DNA of 45,099 nt. Source: Chloroflexota bacterium. GTDB lineage: Bacteria; Chloroflexota; Chloroflexia; QHBQ01. The notes under the pieces are model-generated. The model made no database searches, was not told the DNA's origin, and saw only the letters and a list, made by a program, of their open reading frames with translations. This document shows positions 17,649 through 27,000 of this stretch, in pieces. Each line of letters starts with the position of its first letter. Positions within the stretch are counted from its first letter, which is position 1. The translations under genes and the position numbers were made by a program. The stretch is from positions 1 through 45,099 of the forward strand of contig JAYUUN010000128.1 of the NCBI GenBank assembly GCA_043754535.1. Direction: 5' to 3'.

Positions 17649-17989
17649 AGCAGAGTGGTAAGTTAAACTTGTCACAATCCGTTTATTGGTCTAGCGAAAG
17701 GGTATCAACTATGGACGGCAGTGGTAGTAGTGGAGAAGGGCCGAGGTCAGGCCGCTGCTCCGAGGAGGCCGCCGCGCACCTAAGCGCACCATAATCCCTT
17801 CACTAGCCCCTCTCAGCAGTACCCTCATCTTGCGTTCCCTCTCCCACAGCTTACCCCTTGCTGGTGTATAAGCTGTTTTGGTGCGCGCCCCCACCGGGCG
17901 TGCTGGCAATAGTGCGCGGCTTCGGTACGCCTGCGGCTTTGGCTGCTTGCTGCCCGCGCCTCATGCTGTCGAGAGGAGGTGGAAACCCA

Positions 17990-19756
17990 ATGTTCAAACT
18001 GTTTTATCCCAACCCACAAGCGCAGGACACAACGATCACTGCTGCTCGCCCACGCTTCAATGCGGTTGACCTGCTGGTGCTAGGCGGGGTGATCGCCCTC
18101 ATCTACGGCCTGACAGTGGTTGGGCGCGGGGCAGCCGCACCCTTCAACGTCAATCTGCCCGCCGAGACGATCAGCCTTGACCCTGGCAACCTTCCCTACT
18201 ACGTGGGGCGCAGCTTGCTACGGATCGTAGTGGCGATGATTGTCTCCCTCACCTTTGCTATCGCGGTCGGCTACGCAGCGGCAAAGAACCGCCGTCTGGA
18301 GCGGGTGATCATCCCCATCCTCGACATCTTGCAGAGCGTCCCTGTGCTTGGCTTCCTCACCGTAACGATCACCGCCTTCATTGCTCTGTTCCCTGGCAGC
18401 CTGCTGGGTTTGGAGTGCGCCAGCGTGTTCGCCATCTTCTCATCGGCAGCCTGGAACCTCGCCTTCAGCTTCTACGGTACGCTCAAGTCGCTGCCACGTG
18501 ACATGGAGGAGGCAGCACGGGTGTTTGGCCTCTCTCGCTGGCAGCGGTTGCGGCGCATCGAAATCCCAGCGGCGACGGTTGGTCTGGTCTGGAACGCAAT
18601 GATGAGCTTCGGCAACGGCCTCTTTTTCCTCTCCCTCTCCGAGGCGTTCACCGTGCTGAACAAGCGATATGTGCTACCAGGGCTGGGCAGTTACGTCGCG
18701 CAGGCAGTGATTGAGCAGAACAGCGGGGCGATCTTGTTGGCTATTGGGGTAGTAATCGGGGTGGTGATCGCCATCGACCAGCTATTCTGGCGGCCCCTGG
18801 TAGTCTGGAGCGACAAGTTTCGCATAGACGACAGCGGCGGCGGCGAACCGCGCCACAGTTGGATGCTCGACCTGCTACGCCAGAGCAGGCTACCACAACT
18901 GGCGGGCCACTCGGCGCACTGGATGGGCGACCGCCTGCCGCAGAGCAAGGGGCTACCTCGCCCGCTACCTGCCGCTCGCCAGCAGAAGGAACGCGACCCC
19001 CAGCGCGAGAAGGTAGTGGACATCATCTTCTTTAGCGTGGTCACCCTGGCTATCGCCTACCTGCTCTACAAGGCGGCTAGCTACGTGCTGGTCAGCATGA
19101 ACGTGAGCGACGTGCTGGAGGTATTCGGCCTGGGCCTACTCACCCTGTTGCGTGTCAGCCTCGTCACCGTGATAGCCAGCCTGATTTTCCTGCCGCTGGG
19201 GGTCTGGATCGGCTTCAACCAGCGGGTGGCGAAGTTCTTGCAGCCCGTAGTGCAAGTGTTGGTTGCCTTCCCCGGCAACTTCCTCTTTCCCTTCGTCACC
19301 ATCCTACTGATCAAGACCAACTTCCCGCTCGACCTCGGCTCGATCTTCCTGATGGCTCTGGCTTCACAGTGGTACATCTTGTTCAACGTAATTTACGGCG
19401 CAGTTTCGGTGCCGAACGACCTGCGCGAGGCGGCCCGCAACTTTGGAGTCAAGGGCTGGCAACTGTGGCGCACCCTGATCCTGCCTGGCGTATACGGTGC
19501 CTGGGTGACAGGTGCGCTGACCGCGATGGGTGGCGCGTGGAACGCGAGCATCGTCGCCGAAGTGCAAGCCTGGGGCAACACCACGCTGACCGCCACGGGC
19601 CTCGGTGCCTACATTACCCAGGCGACAGCGGTCGGCAATCTCGCCCACCTGATCGTTGGTGTCAGCGTGATGTGCATTTTCGTCGTCGCCATCGACCAGC
19701 TATTCTGGAAGCGGCTGACCGACCTGGCGGAGACAAAGTTCCGGCTGGGCAGCTAG
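17990..19756 (+). CDS. ABC transporter permease with two BPD_transp_1 halves (NitT/TauT-like, duplicated type)
   Basis: Two EAA loops (EEAARVFG; REAARNFG), DILQSVPVLGF, paired AIDQLFW ends; ATG 17990 after GAGGAGGT. Confidence 0.9.
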   Translation: MFKLFYPNPQAQDTTITAARPRFNAVDLLVLGGVIALIYGLTVVGRGAAAPFNVNLPAETISLDPGNLPYYVGRSLLRIVVAMIVSLTFAIAVGYAAAKNRRLERVIIPILDILQSVPVLGFLTVTITAFIALFPGSLLGLECASVFAIFSSAAWNLAFSFYGTLKSLPRDMEEAARVFGLSRWQRLRRIEIPAATVGLVWNAMMSFGNGLFFLSLSEAFTVLNKRYVLPGLGSYVAQAVIEQNSGAILLAIGVVIGVVIAIDQLFWRPLVVWSDKFRIDDSGGGEPRHSWMLDLLRQSRLPQLAGHSAHWMGDRLPQSKGLPRPLPAARQQKERDPQREKVVDIIFFSVVTLAIAYLLYKAASYVLVSMNVSDVLEVFGLGLLTLLRVSLVTVIASLIFLPLGVWIGFNQRVAKFLQPVVQVLVAFPGNFLFPFVTILLIKTNFPLDLGSIFLMALASQWYILFNVIYGAVSVPNDLREAARNFGVKGWQLWRTLILPGVYGAWVTGALTAMGGAWNASIVAEVQAWGNTTLTATGLGAYITQATAVGNLAHLIVGVSVMCIFVVAIDQLFWKRLTDLAETKFRLGS

Positions 19757-19770
19757 CTCAGTTAGTTACC

Positions 19771-19805
19771 TGCGCTGGCTCCCCCTCGCTTGAGGAGCCA
19801 GCGCA
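19771..19805. terminator. 12-bp hairpin between convergent genes
   Basis: TGCGCTGGCTCC / GGAGCCAGCGCA; no strong U-tract. Confidence 0.6.
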
Positions 19806-19811
19806 CGGAGG

Positions 19812-22800
19812 TCACTTCTTGACTGCAACCATCGGTAGCTTACCCAGGTCGTCGGCGGTCAGGCTGTTTTCGGCGGCGGTGCTGGGCTTGTAGTCCTTGA
19901 GCGAGTCCTCCTGGCCCGGCTTCTGATCGGCTGGCAGGGCCGCGTCAATAATACGCGTGTGGTTGGTGTCGGCTGGCGCACCACCCAGCTTCCACTCTGC
20001 TGCCGTCGCCTGCACGTCGCGCACACGGCCACTCGCGGTTGCTGGCCCGTCCTGGCTCATTACCACCGCAAGGTAGCTCCAGCTGGCAGGGTCGCCCGCG
20101 CCAAAGGCCGACTGCGGCACGCGGATGGTGACTACCTGTTGGGCGGCATCCACCTGCACCTTCAGCCTGGCATCAGTCTTGGTCGGGTCGCCAGTTGCGC
20201 TGCCCTTGTAGACTGCCTGGCCGTCGGGCCAACCCTCGGCCTTGACCGCCACATCCCAGCTATCTACTGCGCTGACGGCGGCATTGCGGCCAACCAGCAG
20301 CTTACGTGCGCCACTACCGTCCTTGTGGTCAGTGTCTACATAGATGTCGAAGCTCTGCAAGGCAAGGCCACTTGGCGAACCCCAGGGGTTGTCGGTCGGG
20401 CCATTCATCTTGAAGCGGAAGACCATATTGCTATCGCCGTCGGTGCCAACCTGGAACTGGGCGATGTCGAAGTTGCCAGGCTTGAAGGCGGCATTCTGAG
20501 GGTAGGTGTAGCTGCCCGGCCCATGGTCGTCGCCCTTCGGGTCGTCAACAGTAAGGAAGAAGTTGATTGGGTTGCGGTCTGGTACGTTGAGGCTGAAGGA
20601 GCCGTTTGGGACTGCTGCTGGCGCAGAGCCTTGCTTGACCACGTAGCCTTGCAGCGTCAGCTTGTCGCCAGTGTTCAGCTTGCCGAGGGCAGCCCAGGGG
20701 ACGCTTAGTTCCAGCGTCTTGCCAGCGGCGGCGGCTTTGGCCCCCTGCTGCTCGATCTGCGCGTACTGGTTGCCGTCAGCGGCCTTGCGGATGCTGGGTG
20801 GGCCAGCCACACCGCCACTGAAGGGGATCACCACATCATAACCAGCGGAGAAGCCGACAGGTTGGGTGCTGCCATCCTGGAAGCCAACAGCGGTCTCCTG
20901 ACCTGGCGTGCCGAAGTAGAAACTAACGAGGCCGTCGCCGAACGCGCTCCAATCGGTAGCCTGATCAAGGCGCAGGTTGATGTTGGCTGCATCGTAGCCA
21001 TAGTAGAGGCTCGGCCCTTCACCGCTAGCCATTGCGCCACCACCCAGCTTGTACTGGCCTGCCTTGTCCCACTCGCCTGCCGCAGCGGTGCCATCTACGG
21101 TCACTGCCGCTTCGCTGCTAACTGGCCGGGTGGGGGCTGCTGCCCGCTTGCTGATGATCGGCACGTTGAGGAAGGCTGGGGGTGTGGCTCCAACGTTGAT
21201 GTAGACCTGGGCTAGGGTCTTGCGGTACTGCTCATCAAAGGCCGCATCGTCGCCGCTGTCCTGGTCGTCGCCAAACCACCAGAACCAGTCGCTACCCTCG
21301 GCAGCCAGCATCGCTTCCTTCGCCGCTTGTAGTTTGCCAGGGTCGGCAGCCTGCTTTGTTCCCTTCATGTATGGATCGAAGAAATCGCGGGTCTGGCGCA
21401 GGTAGTCCCAGCCCTGGTTCTCCTCTGGTTCGCCGATCCAGGTACTGAAGGTGCCGTCGATCCAGCTACCAGGGTAGAGCTTGGGGATCAGGTCGGCGGT
21501 GGGGAACTGGGCGAGGTACTCGGAGGGCGTGACCAGTTTGACCGCTGGATCGCTGGTTAGCTTGCGATACATGGAGTTGAGGAACTCCTTGCCGTCATTA
21601 TCGTAGTTCTCCCAGGCGTTCTCGCCATCCAACAGGACGGTAAGCAGGTGAGGCTTGCTAGCGGCGTTCTTGTTGCTGGCGATCTGCGCACCCGCCGCTT
21701 TGATGCGGGCTACCATGTCGTCACTAGCCTTCTCGCCCGGCATCGCGCTATAGTTGAAGCCCACCTCGTCGCTGAGGGCGTGGTCGCGGAATAGGATGTA
21801 GACGGGCTTGCCGTCCTTGCCATCCTGCACCTTGTAAGGCTTGTACAGGCTATCCGCCAGCTTAACCGTGCCGCTGCTATTGCGCTCGAAGCCGGTGCTG
21901 ATAGCGTAGCTACGGGCCAACACCATCTCATCGCTAGCGATCCAGTTGATACCATTGTTGGCAAAGTGCTTGACGATCTCCTGAGCCACCGAACCCTCGG
22001 CGGGCCACATCCCCTTCGGCTCTGCGCCAAACTTCTCCTGGTACAGTTGCTTGGCAAGCTGCACCTGCATCTCCGCATCCTCTGGGTAGCTGAAAGGCGC
22101 GCTCGGCTGGGTCGCGCCGGTGCCTTGCAGGCCGAGGCGGGCGAGATTGGTGTTCTCCAACAGAGGGAGGATTGGATGCGAGTAGGGGGTGGTGATGATC
22201 TCGATCCCCTTCTTGATCGCCTCGGCGTGTGCGGGGATGATCCGCTTCATGATCGCCAGGTGTTGGGCTAGCACTGTCGCCTTATCTGCGTCGCTGTAAC
22301 CCTTACCCTTCGTCACCAGAGCCTTAAGTGGCTCCTGGGCCAGATAGTCGGGATCCATCCATCCCAGATTGAACAGCACTTGCAGGTCGCGCCAGTCGGC
22401 CTCCTGCCAGTCGGCGAAGCGAATCTGGAGAGCAGCATCGCTGGTGTCGGCCCCGCGTTTGGCTTTCAGTTCCACGTAGCGGGGAAAGCGGTTGATGATC
22501 TTGGCGTTCGCATCGAAGAAGTGCTTGAGCAGGAAGGTCTTATCTGCATCACTCAGGTCAGCCACAGCCTTCTCGGTGACGACCATGTAGCTGTCTTTCG
22601 CACCGTTGGCGAAGTCGTCGATCTGGCGGATCAGCGAGGGGGTGAGATTGATGGTGACGTGGGCGTTGTACTTCTCCGCCGTTTCTACCATGTCCAGGTA
22701 GTCCTTGACCCCGTGCATCCGCACCCAGGGCCGCTCGTACACGCCAGTGGCAGGGTCTTTGAAGTAGAAGGGCTGATGCTGGTGCCAAATGATCGACACG

Positions 22801-23042
22801 TAGAGCGGTTGACTAGGTACAGCGGCGGTGGTGCTAGTCGGCGCAGCAGCGGCGGTGGTGCTAGTCGGCGCAGCGGCAGCCAGAGCGGTATTGGTCGCGG
22901 CAGGGGGGGTGAACTTGCTCTCAAACAGGATTGCGGTAGGGGTGGCATTGCTGCTGCCGCCTATGTCGCAGGCGGCCAGCACAAAAGTAGCAACAACCAG
23001 CAGGCTGAACAGCCGCAGCAGCCGGGGGTGGATGGTAGACAC
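19812..23042 (-). CDS. Lipoprotein GH57 amylopullulanase with C-terminal glucodextranase-C/DOMON-like domain
   Basis: Lipobox LAAC, Thr/Ala linker, WHQHQP, HPILP, nucleophile WPAEG, acid/base LDGENAW, AEGSDWFWW; C-terminal DPKGDDHGPGSYTYP. Confidence 0.92.
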   Translation of the reverse strand: MSTIHPRLLRLFSLLVVATFVLAACDIGGSSNATPTAILFESKFTPPAATNTALAAAAPTSTTAAAAPTSTTAAVPSQPLYVSIIWHQHQPFYFKDPATGVYERPWVRMHGVKDYLDMVETAEKYNAHVTINLTPSLIRQIDDFANGAKDSYMVVTEKAVADLSDADKTFLLKHFFDANAKIINRFPRYVELKAKRGADTSDAALQIRFADWQEADWRDLQVLFNLGWMDPDYLAQEPLKALVTKGKGYSDADKATVLAQHLAIMKRIIPAHAEAIKKGIEIITTPYSHPILPLLENTNLARLGLQGTGATQPSAPFSYPEDAEMQVQLAKQLYQEKFGAEPKGMWPAEGSVAQEIVKHFANNGINWIASDEMVLARSYAISTGFERNSSGTVKLADSLYKPYKVQDGKDGKPVYILFRDHALSDEVGFNYSAMPGEKASDDMVARIKAAGAQIASNKNAASKPHLLTVLLDGENAWENYDNDGKEFLNSMYRKLTSDPAVKLVTPSEYLAQFPTADLIPKLYPGSWIDGTFSTWIGEPEENQGWDYLRQTRDFFDPYMKGTKQAADPGKLQAAKEAMLAAEGSDWFWWFGDDQDSGDDAAFDEQYRKTLAQVYINVGATPPAFLNVPIISKRAAAPTRPVSSEAAVTVDGTAAAGEWDKAGQYKLGGGAMASGEGPSLYYGYDAANINLRLDQATDWSAFGDGLVSFYFGTPGQETAVGFQDGSTQPVGFSAGYDVVIPFSGGVAGPPSIRKAADGNQYAQIEQQGAKAAAAGKTLELSVPWAALGKLNTGDKLTLQGYVVKQGSAPAAVPNGSFSLNVPDRNPINFFLTVDDPKGDDHGPGSYTYPQNAAFKPGNFDIAQFQVGTDGDSNMVFRFKMNGPTDNPWGSPSGLALQSFDIYVDTDHKDGSGARKLLVGRNAAVSAVDSWDVAVKAEGWPDGQAVYKGSATGDPTKTDARLKVQVDAAQQVVTIRVPQSAFGAGDPASWSYLAVVMSQDGPATASGRVRDVQATAAEWKLGGAPADTNHTRIIDAALPADQKPGQEDSLKDYKPSTAAENSLTADDLGKLPMVAVKK
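22820..22873. repeat. Perfect 27-bp tandem duplication in the GH57 linker
   Basis: CAGCGGCGGTGGTGCTAGTCGGCGCAG x2, encoding the AAAAPTSTT repeat. Confidence 0.9.
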
Positions 23043-23166
23043 GGGGCAGGCTCCTTCTTTCGCGCTCTATACTGCTAACCAATAGTTGGATTGAGCAGAT
23101 GATAGCACAAAGGAAGCGCGGAGGCAAGGGTGGTTGGGGGTTGACCCAGGTCTAGAAAAGCAGTTT

Positions 23167-23940
23167 TTAGCTGGTTGGCTCAAGCTCGGTTGGCGTGGCT
23201 GGGGCAGGCGGCTCAGGCGCACTGGCGATGGCAGTTAGCCGCTTGCGGACAGCGAGCTTGGCCTTCTGCTCAAGCAGCTTGTCGCTACCCAAGATTTGGC
23301 GATCTAGCTCGCGACCCTCCGTACTGCTATCGCGTTCGTAGCCGGGGGCGATGTAGAGCAAGTCGCGGTAGCTCTCGTCAGGGGCGACCTCGATGCTGCG
23401 GCCCTCCTCGTTGCGTAGCGTCCACACGTTGTCGAAGCCGAAGATGAACTCCTGCTCCTCCTTGCGTGTCACCCGCGTCTCCTGCCAGCCGAGGTCATGC
23501 AGCCCCTCCAACAGCAGGCGGCTGACCAGCACCAGACCCTTAACGGCAGTCTCTTGGATGATCGGCCACTGTAGATCAGCGTGGTAGCGGTTAAACAACT
23601 CGCCCTGACCGCTAACCCGCTCCTCCACGCGCCGTCGCCCACCTGCCGCCACGCTGCTGAAGCCACGTGATCCTTTGCCGTGCGACACACGCTTGCTACC
23701 TGATCTCGCGCCCGGCCCACCACCCTGCCCACGCTCATCCCTACGCTCGGTCAGCGAAGGTCCCTTGCGGGGAGCCTGACCAGGGTGCGGACGCTTACGC
23801 TTGGGCCGCTCATCAACGCCAGCCTCGCGGGGCGGGCGTGGGGTTGCGGGGGCGGGCGGTCCCGCCTGCGCTTGCTCGGCCCCGGCTGCACGGGAGGGGC
23901 GTGGGGGTCGCGGAGGTCTATTCTGGTTCTGCTCCGACAT
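23167..23940 (-). CDS. Hypothetical protein (Arg/Pro/Gly-rich disordered N-half, ~140-aa globular C-domain)
   Basis: ATG 23940 after AAGAGG; fills the gap between same-strand genes; no family recognised. Confidence 0.7.
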   Translation of the reverse strand: MSEQNQNRPPRPPRPSRAAGAEQAQAGPPAPATPRPPREAGVDERPKRKRPHPGQAPRKGPSLTERRDERGQGGGPGARSGSKRVSHGKGSRGFSSVAAGGRRRVEERVSGQGELFNRYHADLQWPIIQETAVKGLVLVSRLLLEGLHDLGWQETRVTRKEEQEFIFGFDNVWTLRNEEGRSIEVAPDESYRDLLYIAPGYERDSSTEGRELDRQILGSDKLLEQKAKLAVRKRLTAIASAPEPPAPATPTELEPTS

Positions 23941-24012
23941 TGGTACTACCTCTTTTCGGCTATGGTGGACACTTGCCATCAATCTGCGTGCCAATAGCAG
24001 CGGGGGGACGAA

Positions 24013-24038
24013 GCGGCCTCCCCTGACGAGGAGGCCGC
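24013..24038 (-). terminator. GC-rich hairpin downstream of the SLH protein gene
   Basis: GCGGCCTCC / GGAGGCCGC stem, weak U-tract. Confidence 0.45.
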
Positions 24039-24085
24039 CTGCGGGCTAGTCGCCTCTGGCGGGGCCAGAGAGCGAAGGCTGAGGG

Positions 24086-27000
24086 CTAGGGTATCAGGTC
24101 TATAGAGCGTTTGACTACCTTGCTCAGTTCACCGCGCTTGATGTTATCGTTCGGGCGGAAGCAGAACGGCCCACTGGTGCCAGCGCAGTAGTTGCCGCTG
24201 ATGATGCCGCCATGTGCTAGCGTCTCGATAGCGTTGAAGAACAGGTTGTTAGCGGCTACGTCGCTGAAGGTTGGGCTAGTCGGTGAGTAGACGGCGTAAC
24301 GACGCACCCGCTGCACGATAGCCGCCACCTGGCCGCGCGTGATGTTCACGTTGGGGCCGTAGCAGGGCGATGTTGTGCCGAGGCCCGTACACTGGGCCGC
24401 AGTAAGGCCGTTGACCGCACCGACGCGGGCGACCGCCTCGATGTAACCGTAGAATACGCTACCAACCGCCACATCGCGGAAGGTCGGAGTGGCTGGCACG
24501 TAGCTGGGGATGCCGAAGCCCAGCTTGGTTATCTTGGCGAACTGGCCGCGAGTAGTATTGCTGTTAGGCTCAAAGCGGATGGTGGTGGGTGGGGTGTTGG
24601 GGAAGCCGCCCACAATACCGTTGCAGTAAAGGAACTCGATGTAGCTAACAAAGATGTTGGTAGCTGGCACATCGCTGAAGCTCGGTGTAGTGCGGGTAGC
24701 TACGCAGACTGTGCCAGAGCCGATGTCGTTGACTGGATTCTCGTCGCCCGGTGCGTCGATCACTACCCAAACCCGCTGCTTGCCACCCTCGGTGAAGGTG
24801 TGGGTGGTGCCGATAGCCAGCGTCTGGCCGCCAGGGAGGTTGCTAGTCTGTGCCGCAAAGCAGTCGTTGGGGTTGCTACAGGCCGTAACCTGGGTGGGGG
24901 TCGTCACCTGGTTGAAGTAGAGGCGCACGCTGGCCGAACCCTCGAACTGGATCGCCCCAAAGTTCTTGATCGTAGCGGTGACGATACTTGGCTGGTTCAA
25001 CTGCGGCAGGTTGCTGAAGTTGGGGACTGTCGCTCTTGCTTCCACCTTGTAGAGGCCGAGATCAACGATGGGTGGCGCACTGGGGGTGGGGGTGTTGTCG
25101 CCAGGGGCGATCACCTCTACTCGCAGGGGGATTACCTTGCCGCCGAGGCGCAGGTCAACCAGCGGGTCGTTATTCGCGCTGTAGAGGAAGCCAGTCAGCA
25201 CTGTGCGCGCATTGAGGTTGCGGGCATCAAGGGTGAACTGCACGCGAGTCGGGGTGGTGATATTCGTCGTGCCAGAGATCGGCGACTCGCTGATCCAGGG
25301 CAGGTCGGTATAGTTAATCGGTGGGGCTTCCACATACTTGAGCATATTGGCGTACCACTTGGCCGCTTGGGGGTCAGGCGGAATGTTGTTGATCCCCTGC
25401 CGATTGAGGACAAGGCGGTTGCTCGCCAGCACTGCCTTCTGGTCGAGGGTAGCAACCAGGCTGGCCTCACCCTCAGTGGCGTTACGGCTGTAGCCCGCCA
25501 GCGGTTGGGCGATCACCTCGTCTACCACCATCGGGCTGCCATAGCCGGTGTTGTAGCCCAGCAGGCTCTGGTTGGTTACGTCGGTGAGGACAAAGGGGCG
25601 GCTGAACAACTGGTTGTTTGGCTCCCAGATGTACTGCGAACGCGGGTTGACCTCGCGGGGGTTGCGCCCCTGAATGCCAAAGGTGTTGTTGAAGAACTGC
25701 GCAGTTTCGGTGTAGACCGGGTTGCCTGGCCCCGGCTGGAGGCCAGTTACGTCAAAGGTACTCATCACCAGCTTGCCACCTTCGCGCCCATTGAAGACAC
25801 CACTACCGTTTAGGTAGTCCCTGAGTATCTGCCAGTGAGGGGCGTAGGTGCCATTGGGTTGGCCGCTGAGGGGGTAGTCCTGGAAGCGCAGGTTCTGGTC
25901 ATGCTCAACCAGCACCACATCCCAGGTGTTGGTCGGGTTGTTCAGCGCGTTCCAGAAGCCAGCGGGTTCGTTGAAGTAGCCACTGATCTGGAAGGGCGGT
26001 TCGCCCGCGATGCGCGACAGGTAGCAGAGGCCACGTGCGCTGGGGTTGTAGTAGATTGCGGGAACTGGCGGCGGGTTCGCGTTGTTGTAGTAATAGAGGT
26101 CAGGAGGCTGGTTGTGGTCGCTGTAGAGCAGCACCCGCAGCGGCGCGGTCAATACATTGTGGGGGTTGAGCGTCCAGTCTACTGCGCTGGCCTCCAATGT
26201 TCCCGGCTGGCCGTCGGTGCGCGGCACCTGCCTACTGTAGCGCAGGGTGGGGTAGCCGTTGGTCAGGCAGGTCGCCGGGTCAATCGGGATCACGTCGTCA
26301 CCGGTGCGGGCCGGTAGTGCCAGCGGATTGGGCGGCGGGTTGGTCGCTTCACGCAGGAACCAACGCAGGTTGCCAGTGCCACCGTTGGCGATATTCATCG
26401 CAAAGTCGGTGCTGGTCATGCCGTATGTGACCCACATATTGTTGTAGGCAGCCTGCTGGTACACGCCGCGTGCGCTCTTGAGCAGGATGTCGGCCCCCTG
26501 GGTCGTCTGGCCTGCTACCACGCTAACCGTCGTCGTGTCGCTGATGTAGCGCGAGGCGTTGCCCTCAAGGGTGTAGGTGCCAGGCGGTAGGGTGAGAGTG
26601 TACACCCCATTGTAGCTAGTCAATGGTGGGGTGTAGTCCACGCGGGTACTGAAGGTGCGGCTGGTACCTCGCGCCCTGACCACCCCTGTTAGCGGGCTGG
26701 AAGGGGCGAAGAAGCGACGCAGCACACCCGTCACCGTCCCCTGAGGAGGGACACTGTAGTGGATCGAGAGACCAGTGAACAACACGCCTTCGCGGAAGCT
26801 GTACTGGAAGCCGTCAACTGTGTTGTTGGCGGCTGGCCCTTCGAGGCCGACCGAGGCCTTCTGGCCTATCGAGTAGTCATCCTCTGGGTCGGGAGTCTGG
26901 TTGCCAGTAGTCTGGTAGTTCATGTAGATGTCGTAGCTATAGGGCTGGGCTGCGCCTTTGCGCCAGAGTACCAGTTCGCAATCCAGGGTGGCAGTGGTGG

